A stretch of 64,000 bases of DNA from Euprymna scolopes (lineage: Eukaryota), in the NCBI GenBank assembly GCA_053919585.1, contig CM132786.1; one strand, given 5' to 3'. Position 1 is the first letter of the stretch, and each line of letters begins with the position of its first letter. A program made the translations under genes and the position numbers. Below are positions 1 to 11,697 of the stretch, one piece after another. The notes beneath the pieces were generated by a model. It saw only the letters and a program-made list of their open reading frames with translations, had not been told where the DNA came from and searched no databases.

Positions 1-229
1 AGCTCTTTCAGCTATCATCTCATCAGGAGAAAATCGATAGTGTCAAATAATAATACTATGTCGAAAGTAAAGAGTTCTGATGGGGAACTATTGAATGTGC
101 CAAAAATACGGGGACACTAAAATAAAGTTTATTCACGTATAAAAAAACGATGTAAATATTGGCACACCGAGGGGTAAAAATGGGAGAAAAGATTCAAAGT
201 TCCACAAAGAGAAACAATGCGTTAGATGT

Positions 230-628
230 TTCTTTCTGCCGACACAAAGAAGATTTCCGCACCGCAATAGAGACAGACTCCAAAATCTTTAAATGATTTC
301 TGGAGTCCGCTCTATGTAGCACCTCGAACCATTCTATTTTATATCTATCGGCACATCACGGGTTGTCAACGAAATGCTGGCCAATAGCAGAGCCCAAGGA
401 TGCAGAAGGAGGGAGACTTGCAGACCCCATCCTCCCTTGTCTGATCTTCGATGGAACGTGCTGGTTTATACCAGTTAAAAGATGCAAGCATGTTTTCCCA
501 ACATAACCAGCATCGCACTGGCATTTGAATTGATATACAATATTGCTATTTTTGATGTAAGGTAAACTATCCTTGCAAAAAAAAAAAGGGAATGCAGGTC
601 TGATAGTATATACAAAACGCAAGGACAC
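230..628 (-). pseudogene. PLE GIY-YIG endonuclease remnant
   Basis: ORF 356-628 reads NIVYQFKCQCDAGYVGKT...INQH...SAIGQH, typical of the PLE GIY-YIG domain. Confidence 0.85.
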
Positions 629-1620
629 AGAATAAAAGCAGTCATAAATACTTCTGCGAATCTGTTTCGAAGGTCCAAATTTTTAGGGGATTTATAATCC
701 GTAACCTTTTTGAAAATACAGTCATCAATAAGGTCAACTGGGTAACCATTATTGATGAATATTTCCCTGATCTTATCGAATTCGGCGTCCAATCTGTTAA
801 GTGAACAAATCATCAGGGCTCTATGTACCAAAGTATTAATTAAGCAGACCTTACGTGATTTTGGTACAAAACACAACCAGTTCACATATAGGCCAGTAAA
901 TGTCGGTTTTCTATAGATTGTAGTGAGAAAGCCTCCCCTTGAACATTCGACAAGAACATCCAAGAAGGGAAGCGAATTGTTCTTCTCACTTTCCACAGTG
1001 AACTTTAGAGCTCTATGCCAAGAATTCAACCTATCAAAAAATATCGACGCTTCACTTTGCGATGGAAAAACAGCAAAAGTCTCGTCAACATATCTGAAAT
1101 ATGCAGTGGGTTTTGTTATATAGTTAAACAGAACGGGTTCACTGTACCCGACGAAAATATCCGCTAAAGTTGGCGCCAACGGACTCCGCATTGAAACCCC
1201 GTCGACCTGACAGTACATAATATCACAAAAACTAAACTCCACACATTTTGTGCACATTAAAATGAGTTCAATAAGAATCTCTTTAGAAAAACGTGTAGCA
1301 GTCAGGCGATCATAGATAAACGCGTCAGTACATATACGTATAGTCTCATCCAACGGTAGGTTGGTAAAGAGACTAGAGACATCAAAAGAGCACATAAAAG
1401 ATGGATCTGCATGAGAATCTTACCCACGTACATAATCAACAAACTTAAAAGAATCAGAGATACAGTGCGTGATATATAACTCGCGCACAGGTTGCAGAAT
1501 TTCCACAAGCCACTGAGCCAAGAATGTTGTGCCGAACCAACCATTGATAAAATAGGTCTCAGCGGAACACCTTACTTGTGGATTTTGGGGAGACCATACA
1601 TTCATGGACGTTGTGAACCA
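475..1620 (-). pseudogene. PLE reverse transcriptase (frameshifted; YVDD changed to YVDE, MGSP to MRSP)
   Basis: ORFs 475-1395 and 1420-1605 carry PLE-type RT motifs with catalytic substitutions and frameshifts. Confidence 0.9.
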
Positions 1621-1894
1621 GAGGGTCTAATCCTGTCATAGACGTCGTTGCAAAAAACATTCTTTTTAAATAATGCAAGTATACGTCTTTGCATTTAAGC
1701 CTCGTTCTTGCAACTATTATCCGTCAACTCGACAGGACCGAGTGTACGGAATTTAGAAACATCATTGAGAATAACTGCAATTTTCTCAACGTAGTCCGAT
1801 TTGTCCCAAATCACCATTCCCGCACCTTTGTCTGGTGTGCACATATATCGACATTGGATTTTAACGCTTTCATAGTTTTAACTTGCTGTCGATT

Positions 1895-1940
1895 TTCTCC
1901 TGATGAGATGATAGCTGAACGAGCTCTCGAGAGACTTCCA
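1895..1940 (+). ncRNA. Degenerate type I hammerhead ribozyme in PLE terminal repeat
   Basis: CTGATGA-GA..AGCT-gaacg-AGCT..TC-GAGA(GAAA)-GACTT. An inverted copy on the - strand at 1-37 is cut by the window edge. Confidence 0.6.
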
Positions 1941-2117
1941 CCCGTTATATTTAAAACTGTATATAAATNNNNNNNNNNNNNNNNNNNNNNNNNNNNNNNN
2001 NNNNNNNNNNNNNNNNNNNNNNNNNNNNNNNNNNNNNNNNNNNNNNNNNNNNNNNNNNNNNNNNNNNNNNNNNNNNNNNNNNNNNNNNNNNNNNNNNNNN
2101 NNNNNNNNNNNNNNNNN

Positions 2118-2914
2118 CAAATCACAACACAATATTAGGAAAATAAACAAATATTTTACTTGCTTGAAATTTATAATTTAAATATATTTCCGGGTATGAA
2201 CTCTATCCTCAGTATGTTGTTTTCTTTCTTTTTTTCTTATACTTTCATTCCATGTTGTAAATTTAGAAAAATAAATTATGTCCGTTAAGATCTACGCGTT
2301 GTCACTCAACGGTTGCATTTGGAAATGTCTGAAATATCAGTCGTGCTTGAGTGCTTCGAAGGTGGGCAGGTGTTTTGCTTGTTTGAGGTTTATAATTTGG
2401 ATGTGTTTCGAAAGCAGGTTCCGTTCACGGCGTGTTTATCTTTTATTTTTTTCCTAAATATTTTTAAATTATAAATTTAAGGCAGGTGAAGTGTTTGTTT
2501 GTTTTCAATGTATTGCATCATGATTTGGTTTTCAGGCGCGCTTGATGCATATTTATTTATTTAAATTAAATCAACACTTCTATAATGTAACTCACAACCT
2601 TTACGTTAATCTCGCGTAGTCAACTCCACGTACAAACATTTCAAAATACAACCGCTGTTAGACAACACAGAGATCGTTGTAAATATTTTCCTTTCTTTCT
2701 CCAAGTTAGCAACGGGGCTATGAAAAAGAATTAAAAAAATTAAAGAAAACAACACACTGAAGACGAAGTTTGACTTCGTAATCTATTATAATTATAAATT
2801 TTAAGCGAGAAAAATATTTGTTTATTTTCCTTATTGTGCAATGTGATTAGGTTTTCATGCGCACTTAATGCGTAGTTTATTTATTCAATTGATATAAACG
2901 CTTCTATAATGGAA
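2118..2914. repeat. Three diverged copies of a ~150-200 bp unit (one inverted, two direct); two carry HHR-like cores
   Basis: Reverse complement of 2118-2257 aligns with 2710-2850, and 2465-2590 aligns with 2791-2914. Cores: CTGAGGA..GAAA (- strand, 2187-2212) and CTGAAGA-C-GAAGT-ttg-ACTTC-GTAA (+ strand, 2757-2781). Confidence 0.7.
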
Positions 2915-3269
2915 NNNNNNNNNNNNNNNNNNNNNNNNNNNNNNNNNNNNNNNNNNNNNNNNNNNNNNNNNNNNNNNNNNNNNNNNNNNNNNNNNNNNNN
3001 NNNNNNNNNNNNNNNNNNNNNNNNNNNNNNNNNNNNNNNNNNTGTTGGGATGATTATTGGAAAATATTTAAGAATATTCGTATAATGTTGATCTCATTGA
3101 TATGAAAACATAGGTTCTTATATTGTTGATTGTATTTATTAAAATGTTTATGCAAGTGTTATAATTTTCCTTTCTCATTCGATCATATTCTATCACTTCG
3201 ATTTTCCTTTAATCTTTTTTATCCCTCTTTGTCTGACTTTCTCCCTGTTCCTCCCTCTTTCCCTTTCCT

Positions 3270-3294
3270 TCTCTCTCTCCTTCTCTCTCTCTCG

Positions 3295-3326
<32 letters not shown>
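3270..3326. repeat. (CT)n/(TA)n microsatellite
   Basis: Direct inspection. Confidence 0.9.
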
Positions 3327-3330
3327 TCAT

Positions 3331-3915
3331 TCACCATATGCTGTCCTTCCCGTGAACCATCATTCTCCACTTGTCACAGTCGCAACTGAGGGTCTGCCAG
3401 CTTCCAGTGGGGATCAACCCCGCCTTTAGATTTAATTTGACGGTGTCACGAAACCTGAGCTTAAGTCTGCCTATGCCTCGTACCCCATCCTCCATTTGTG
3501 AAAACAGTATCTGTTTTGGTAGTCGGCCCATCTCGGGTTTTTCTGGATGAGCAGGTCATACATGTTTGGGAGGTTGGCTTGTGATAGGATCTCCCTGTTG
3601 CGGACAAAGTCATACAACTTGACATTTAAAATCTGCCGGAGGTGTCGCATCATATGCGTTTAGCTTGCAGTTTACCAGTTTGTACACTAGCCAAGTTTCT
3701 GCACCGTATAAGAGTGACGAGAGGACGATGGCGCGGTACACCGAGTATTTAGTTCTGAAAGTCAGGTCTTTATTTTGCCAGACCTTCTGTTTGAGTTTTC
3801 TATAGGATATGGAGGCGTTTGACATTCTTGTAGGAACATCCTCGTCCATTTTATTGTTGTTCATGATCGTGGTCCCTAGGTATTTGCATTTGCTGACATT
3901 GTTTGCTTTTCTGCC
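3331..3915 (-). mobile_element. 5'-truncated RTE-clade (BovB-like) LINE, RT C-terminal remnant
   Basis: Fragments KCKYLG, YRAIVLSSLLYGAETW, RLPKQILFSQMEDGVRGIGRLKLRFRDTVK and WQTLSCDCDKWR in broken frames. Confidence 0.85.
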
Positions 3916-4384
3916 AGTCTGAATAAAAGTCTCTACAACAGATAAATTTTACTTTTTGATCTAAATACTTTTAGCTTGATGTATAGGCAAGTTTCACATC
4001 TTAAACAAAACGTATATTGTATTTAGATGGTAACAAGAAGTGCTAAGATGTGCAAATTAAAAGGAAATCAAACGTTGCTTTGCTAAATTCAAAATGATTT
4101 TGTATGAAGTCGCAAATATGTGTGTATTGTTTAAACGATCTTATATTTTAATGTTTTCATATGCGTCTAAATTTAAGTATGACGTAAACGGCTGAGGCTG
4201 GAGAGTCTGGTGATTTTCATACGAATTGATGTGGTCCAAGCAATAATCGTAAAATTTAACACTTAAATATACTGAACAGTCTATATAGAATTGGGTCAAT
4301 AAAAATGCATATGAAATTAGCAATAATTTAAATGCTAACTGTTAATGCGTATCATTACTTAGCGACCCAGGCCAGCACGCATGT

Positions 4385-4413
4385 ACGCACACGCATACAC
4401 ACACACACACACA

Positions 4414-4462
<49 letters not shown>
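4385..4462. repeat. (CA)n/(TA)n microsatellite
   Basis: Direct inspection. Confidence 0.9.
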
Positions 4463-4465
<3 letters not shown>

Positions 4466-5884
4466 ATGACGTTATTTCCTATCATCGTATGTAGAACCTA
4501 TAATAAGTATTCTGTTTTTAAAGTGATGTATCATTTATTTCGTGTGAATCTCATTTAATGGCAGATATAATAGGCTTCGCGAGTGCAGCTTTAATGTTTA
4601 ATTTTTAGTTTCACAAATTTTCAAATTAACCTGAGTTTTCCTATGAGAAACCCCCGCTGGTGGTGATCAGAATATAATTTATTTCAGTTTAACTACTTCT
4701 AACAAAAATGAAAACAAATAAATTAGAATAAAACTCTACTATACATAATGCAATACTTCGTTTATAATTACGATAGGAATTACATTTTCTTAACGGCGAA
4801 ATGATGGGAACGCAACAAAAAAGTGTAAATTACCATATTACAGTTTATAGAAATTTTGTTTTGGATATGAAATTAGATTCTACATGTAATGAGGCATAAC
4901 ATTCTCGAAATATCGAAAATTGCCGGGTTAACTAATTAACAATAATAACGAAATTAACTGCACATGCGAATGATATATATATATATATATATATATTTGA
5001 ACATCTTGCTATAGACCAACAGTTTACAAAAAGTAGTAAAAAGTACCATAATGACAATAAGATAAACCTCGGAAACACGTTAGCATAAAAAAATACATCT
5101 CGCCGCAACATAAATAAAACAAGCTGCAAATAACATGGAGGAGATGAAACCGTGAATGAAGAAAAATATAATAAAATATACTTTTTTCTAATGCAGACAT
5201 TTAAAATTATATCTGAGAAAAACATTACGTTTAAAATTATTAACAGGATGTAGAAATACCAATTTCATAAAGTATGGTATTGTAAACTATAAAAATATAC
5301 GCGATGAAAGAAAGACAACTTATAAGCTTACAAAGTCAAGGATAATAGACATTAAGTTTTGCTATAAAGACCCATAAATATTATTTAGATAATTACGGAA
5401 ATAAAAAAAAATACACATCAAGTCAAATGTGTGAAAAATTAATGCAGAACTTTACACTAATGTATTTTAATAGAAACAGAAACATACTTAAAGCGTTACA
5501 GCATTAAGGCAGTAGATTGTCGTACTGATGACAATGGATGAAATTATTCATGCACTGTCGTAGTTTTTCGTTCTTACCATCGTCACCTGAGAAAATTTCA
5601 AGCGCCGTCATATCACACATAATTTTGTCACCTACAGATTACTGCTCTACTAAAATCGGTGCATTTTTAATTGCATCGCCATAGAAATGAAACGCAGATT
5701 GTACTGAATGATATTCGATAAAATTGATGGAAATTAAGGTAAGAGTTTGTTAACCCGCTTTTTAATCGCATTATTTTTAATTCTTGTTAATTTTTTTAAA
5801 AGTCGTCTCGAACTGACAATGTAGCTTTATGTGAGATCATATTGATGTTCCATCTATACTTCTCAGCCGCGCGGATTTGTCTAG
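4463..5884 (+). mobile_element. Possible non-autonomous Helitron
   Basis: GC-rich gccgcgcgg followed by CTAG|T at 5881-5885 resembles a Helitron 3' end. The 5' boundary is a guess. Confidence 0.3.
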
Positions 5885-8800
5885 TTGTTAAGTACGCTTA
5901 AATATGATATTATAATGTATGCATATTTCGATGCAATTAAAGAGTCAATTCTCTATCGATAGTAATACTGTGCCAAATATATGAAAGTGATTCCAATAGT
6001 AAAAAAAATGGTTCTATCAGCTAGAATATACACAATAACATTAAGTTCTGCAACCCTATCATTATTGTATCAGCAAAATAACTCCAAATCGAGGAGTTAA
6101 AACGAAACTCCGACTAATGGGAAATTGTTATTTAAATGTAAAAAACATTAATGCCACACAAACATAACAAGAACACAATGAACTTGATAGTATTTAGTAG
6201 CTTCTGCAATCGTACAACCTGCAAATTTGGGGGCATTCTCTTTACATTATTCTGCAATACTTCGATGAAAGGCCATCACACTTTTCTTTATTGATTGTCC
6301 AACAACCTTTCAGATTTTAAATGTTAGCATTACGTAACTGTTGCTTGTTATAATGACATACGTAGACGATAGGATTAAGGGCGGACGATGGTGTAAATCA
6401 ATCAAAACACGGCACACTATGCGCTACAAGGGACCTCTTGACATTTCCTGCTCTTTGAATGGGAGCATTATCCTGCATGAAGATAGGATTATCATCCAGC
6501 ATTCGGCCAATGTAAGTTAGAAAGTGCTCACTCAACATATTAATATAATTTTTCGAATTAATCTGACTTCGAAGGCGATTTCAAGGTCCTAGACCATAAG
6601 CACTAATAACGACCCAAACAAAAAGTGAATCCACTATATTGCAGCGTTGAAAGTCTGCAGCTACGCTGAAATTATTCGTTCTTCCTTCGACGGACTTAAT
6701 ATAACTGCCTAGCCTGTCGTCACTAAAATACCTTTGCATCAATATGAAGAGTCATAATCTTCATTTAACCTGACGATTTCTAAACGGCAGTTTCTCTACT
6801 TTATAGAACTCATTGTCTTCCGTTTTTGAACATAGCTTGGCAAATTAAATTAATTTACTCCTTTCTTAACAGTAGAGAGGGGAGAGAGAGAACGAGAGAG
6901 AGAAAGAGAGAGGCTATTTAAACAATATTTTATTTTTATTGGATTTTGGGATCCCTGTACATTTAATTCTGAAGCTAAGGGTCTTAATAGCATTGTCTTT
7001 CTTGTAATAAGTAAATCTAGGACAACCAGATTAACGGGCATAATTTATTTTTTATTGACATGGACACTAATACACGAGTTAACAGTAAAATATGAAAAGG
7101 TCAATTTATAGAGGAATAGAGAGTTCATAAAATGAGGTACAGGTTGTTTAAACAGTTACATTCAGTTTAGCTTAAACTTGCGACCTTTAAGAAATGACAA
7201 GTNNNNNNNNNNNNNNNNNNNNNNNNNNNNNNNNNNNNNNNNNNNNNNNNNNNNNNNNNNNNNNNNNNNNNNNNNNNNNNNNNNNNNNNNNNNNNNNNNN
7301 NNNNNNNNNNNNNNNNNNNNNNNNNNNNNNNNNNNNNNNNNNNNNNNNNNNNNNNNNNNNNNNNNNNNNNNNNNNNNNNNNNNNNNNNNNNNNNNNNNNN
7401 NNNNNNNNNNNNNNNNNNNNNNNNNNNNNNNNNNNNNNNGGGTATATCCTCCTTTAACATTTTTATGCTAAAGCAGGATTACTTCTTTTCAGTGGAAAGA
7501 TACTATTAGAAAACCACATTGGCGTAGAAATACGAAGCCTTATAATGGTTGAGTGAAATGAAGCAGACGTTAACGGTTTTCTTTTACTTTGNNNNNNNNN
7601 NNNNNNNNNNNNNNNNNNNNNNNNNNNNNNNNNNNNNNNNNNNNNNNNNNNNNNNNNNNNNNNNNNNNNNNNNNNNNNNNNNNNNNNNNNNNNNNNNNNN
7701 NNNNNNNNNNNNNNNNNNNNNNNNNNNNNNNNNNNNNNNNNNNNNNNNNNNNAGAAAGCACATTTAGTGCAAAAAATACGTTAGCGGTTACATGTGTGCA
7801 TATGATCATAACAGAGGATGATTGACGAAATATATGAATATTCCCCTTTGTAACGCGAATTGAATTTACGGTTGAAGAATCTTAACCAAGTGTATTGATT
7901 TACTCGTATTAGCCCGTTTCATTGGTTTACATCTGTCTGTATATGTTTTCTTAAGTCCGGGCGGACAACAGATTGTTCTCGTTACGTTGTTTATTCAGGA
8001 AGAGTATATTAAAGCAGTGATTACTTACTACGTCACGTTACCTATATATATCTTGATGCCTGCACCATACATTGCTAAAAGAACACACGTGCACATAAAT
8101 GTTACTATATATGAGAGCTATTTTTTATAATTCTAGACTTCGTCTTTATAGTATACTACACTTAGTATGCATATAAAGAAAACATAATATTCTCCCTGAT
8201 TGTCTCTTTGAATTTGATAAGTTTTTTTTATTTTATTTCGTAAAATTATGGTACCTACGCGAGGTAGTAGTATATTTTTCAATTTTTCTATAATAATAAT
8301 TTTGCTTCCAGACTAAAAATACAAATAGATGACGCTCCTGCCTAATTTCGTATACCACGGGTCTGAGAAAATTCATGAGATCGTTCAAATGTATCGACAA
8401 CATTCGTTATGTCCCGCTGGAGTATTTTGTAACAATGTGGCAGCTATCAAAATTGGGTGCAGCACGAAAACCATTTTGTTATGAATAATCCTGCAATAGA
8501 CCAGATATTAAAAAATGCAGAGCAATAATTTATTGATCTTTAGCTATTGTAGAGATTGAAACTGTTATTCTGTAGAAATGTCTATTCCCATTTTGTAATG
8601 AATGCTTCACTACCATATGAACATGAAGACGCGATGAAAAGTTGTTTACAAGCAAAAACCTATGCATTAATAAATATATGTTTAAGAGCTGAAAAAGAGA
8701 ACAAAAATAATGTAGCTTGAAGAAAGTATAAGATACGACGACTTAATTCCGCTATGTATTATTGTTAGTAATGGTAAGGTGTGTTAAATATATAATCGCG

Positions 8801-8989
8801 TTCATATTAAAAAAAAACATACACAGTTGAAAATTAAACCGTTGTCAAGATGGAAATCTATTACGAACACCCACTATAAAACGCCAAACCTTCACCGAGG
8901 TTACTTTCACCAATTCCCTTTGTGATAACCATCATACAATTATGACATTTACTATAGGAGACAAAGATGGGATGCAAATTGGAGAATAA

Positions 8990-10330
8990 TAAACCTCAGT
9001 AGAGCAAACTATTATTTACAGGCAATCTGAATACTGATGAGAACATTGACTGTTTAGCTCAAGCAATAAACACGTACAAAGAGGAGAAGATATAGAGTTT
9101 AGAATTTCTAAATGTGAAGTTGTTGTTTTCAAACCATGGGAGATAGCTATCAGAAAAAAAACATTGTTTTGTTAAATGGTAAAACCCTGCTTAATGACTT
9201 TGCCCCTTTCCGGCTTCTTAAACTTGATCTAATTCTTAGTAATGTGATGAAAGAGACATCTAAAGAAGTAACTTAAAGTACTCGTGAAATTTGAAGTGAA
9301 TGTCAGGTATCTATGCATGGCAATCCATTCATGAGCTTTCGCTGTAATTTGCTACAGTGCAGGTGTCATAGAATGAGAACAGATGATAATGAGGGTTGGA
9401 TATAAAACATTACTCTGGGATGGAGCACTTCACAATAATTTTTAATATGCTTGGACTGTACATCACTAAACAGAAAAGAGAAAAGAAGATTAACGTCTAT
9501 TGAAGAATGTGTCGCGGGAGAGTTTAATAGTATACACTATTACGTTAACAGTCATGAAGAGCTAGACGAAGAAGCATTGAGAAATAATCCAAACTACAAG
9601 AATCCAATAGAAACAGAGAAAATGACAAAGTTTAAAAAAACAATCTTCATTGGATTTAAACGAGAACGCACGCCACTAATATATCGTGGTAGGTGGAATT
9701 ATCCATCTAAAATAGATTAATAAAAAGAAAGAAAATCTTAAAATTAGGCATTAAATACAAATTCAATGCATAGCACCAACTATGGAAATAAATATTAAGG
9801 TATGTGTATGAGTTATGGTGTGATATTGCAGCAGGGTCACCAATTGGCATTTGCTGTTCAAGACTTGCTCAAATAAAGTACAAATGATAATTACAACAAT
9901 CTGCATTTAAAGTTGTGTCAGATGTTTGGAATCGAAGTGAGAAACAAAGGGGTCCACCCTCACTCAAAATTGGTACAGTAAAATAAAGAGGTTAAGGTTC
10001 TCTGGGATTTAATAATTCATTTTGAACTAGTGATTACGAATAGGAAGAACGTAGATTACATATCCGAGTAAAACAGACAAATGTATTCCAAATTGTTGGT
10101 GTGGTTTGCGGAAGTGACCGATACTCAGAGGAAGAATAATAAGAAATACACTACAGTGCTGCAGTTGTAGATTACGTAAGTGTGGAAACCGAAAACTTCC
10201 AGGAAAAACGAAATCAGGAATTATAATGTCCCCTCCGTAAATAAAATACTGGAACCTTCATCACATGGAGCAACACCAAAAAAATCATAAAGCCGATTAT
10301 CGCGAAAAATGTGAATCTGGAAAAAATTGT
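8990..10330 (+). mobile_element. Decayed R4/Dong-type (RLE) LINE
   Basis: Residual motifs RRLTSIEECV, CSRLAQIKYK..LHLKLCQMFG and NKEVKVLWD..VITNR (zinc knuckle to RLE region), followed by (TAA)n. Confidence 0.65.
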
Positions 10331-10411
10331 CCGTCAGACTAAGGAGCACCACGAGATATGGTTAGTGATTGAGTGTTAAGGAAGCTACTTTATAAAACTC
10401 TGTGAGTGACC

Positions 10412-10448
10412 AATAACAATACAAACAAGAACAACAATAATAATGATG

Positions 10449-10501
<53 letters not shown>

Positions 10502-10608
10502 CTACTACTACTGACAATACTAAATAATAATAAATATTCAATATCAAAATTGTTTAAATAAAGTATAAACAATAAATGATAAAAACACATAGAACACGTT
10601 TAGATTAT

Positions 10609-10650
<42 letters not shown>
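10412..10650 (+). repeat. (TAA)n microsatellite arrays
   Basis: Direct inspection. These arrays produce the poly-Y and poly-L ORFs. Confidence 0.95.
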
Positions 10651-10779
10651 CAATGAAGAAAAATAATTGAAAAGAATGCCTTTTTGATAATGAAGAGATT
10701 ATGCTGTTGACCTCAATATAAATTCGTGAAGTGTGCGATTCTCTCCTCAGCTATAATTTGACTATCCATTTAGAGAGAA

Positions 10780-10817
<38 letters not shown>

Positions 10818-11697
10818 ATATATATATATATATATATACGCATGTATGTATGTATGTATGAATATGTATATTCATATTAGGGGAGGTCGATTTTGAAATC
10901 CCGGTTACTTCTTACCAGGGAAATATGTTAAATAACCTAAAATGTAAAAGTGCAAAATATTTTTCTCCGAAAGTTTACCGGTTTGTGAGCAAATAAATTT
11001 AAATACCGAAATAATCGGATATTTTGATTTTACACAGGTGTTAAGTGATAGAAGTAATAGGTCAAATTATTACCGGGTTTGAGAAAANNNNNNNNNNNNN
11101 NNNNNNNNNNNNNNNNNNNNNNNNNNNNNNNNNNNNNNNNNNNNNNNNNNNNNNNNNNNNNNNNNNNNNNNNNNNNNNNNNNNNNNNNNNNNNNNNNNNN
11201 NNNNNNNNNNNNNNNNNNNNTGAGTAAGTTAGCTAATAATAAATTAAAAAAAACTAACACTGAATAATATTTAATTCAATATTTTTGCTTTTTTTTCACC
11301 AGTACAATTTTCAATCTTCATCGGAAAAATCAAAACTTTCGCTAAGTCACACACGTGTTTACTAGTTTGCATTTCATTTAAATACATGACTATCAAGAGA
11401 CCAAAATATTTTTATAATCTTTATAAAACAATTTCCTTATTTTTTTTATAATTATTTGTTTATTTTAAAGATATTTTATCATTGTAAAAATATTTTTTTT
11501 CATTTAAATGTTGTTTATTTGGCGTGCTTCTTGCCGTAAACATCTTGTCGTTCGCAGTTTCATTTGTAATTCCGTAAGTGAATATTTATTATTTTATATT
11601 TTATCATATTTAATTTTTTTCTTTCTCAATTTTTACTTATTTATATAATTCGACAATCCCCTATATTATATACGTTTTTCAGATATTTTTTTATAAA

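Larger units (their letters stand above)
1..1940 (-). mobile_element. Penelope-like element (PLE), decayed, with inverted HHR-bearing termini
   Basis: Minus-strand RT motifs (SFDVSSLFTN, DGVSMRSPLAP, YFRYVDE, LPFLDV, YRKPT) followed by a GIY-YIG domain (VYQFKCQCDAGYVGKT). Positions 1-37 are the near-perfect reverse complement of 1889-1925. Confidence 0.9.

Noticed and set aside
1689-2150. ORFs spanning N-runs (also ~7170-7825, 11030-11267, 23282-23686, 39403-39642, 41849-42088)
   Set aside because: They are open only because of assembly gaps.
6100-6830. Possible PIF1/Helitron helicase remnant (KFGGI...)
   Set aside because: Only one weak motif, which is not enough support.
10362-10590. Poly-Y and poly-L ORFs, and IYIY ORFs elsewhere
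   Set aside because: They are translations of (TAA)n and (TA)n microsatellites.
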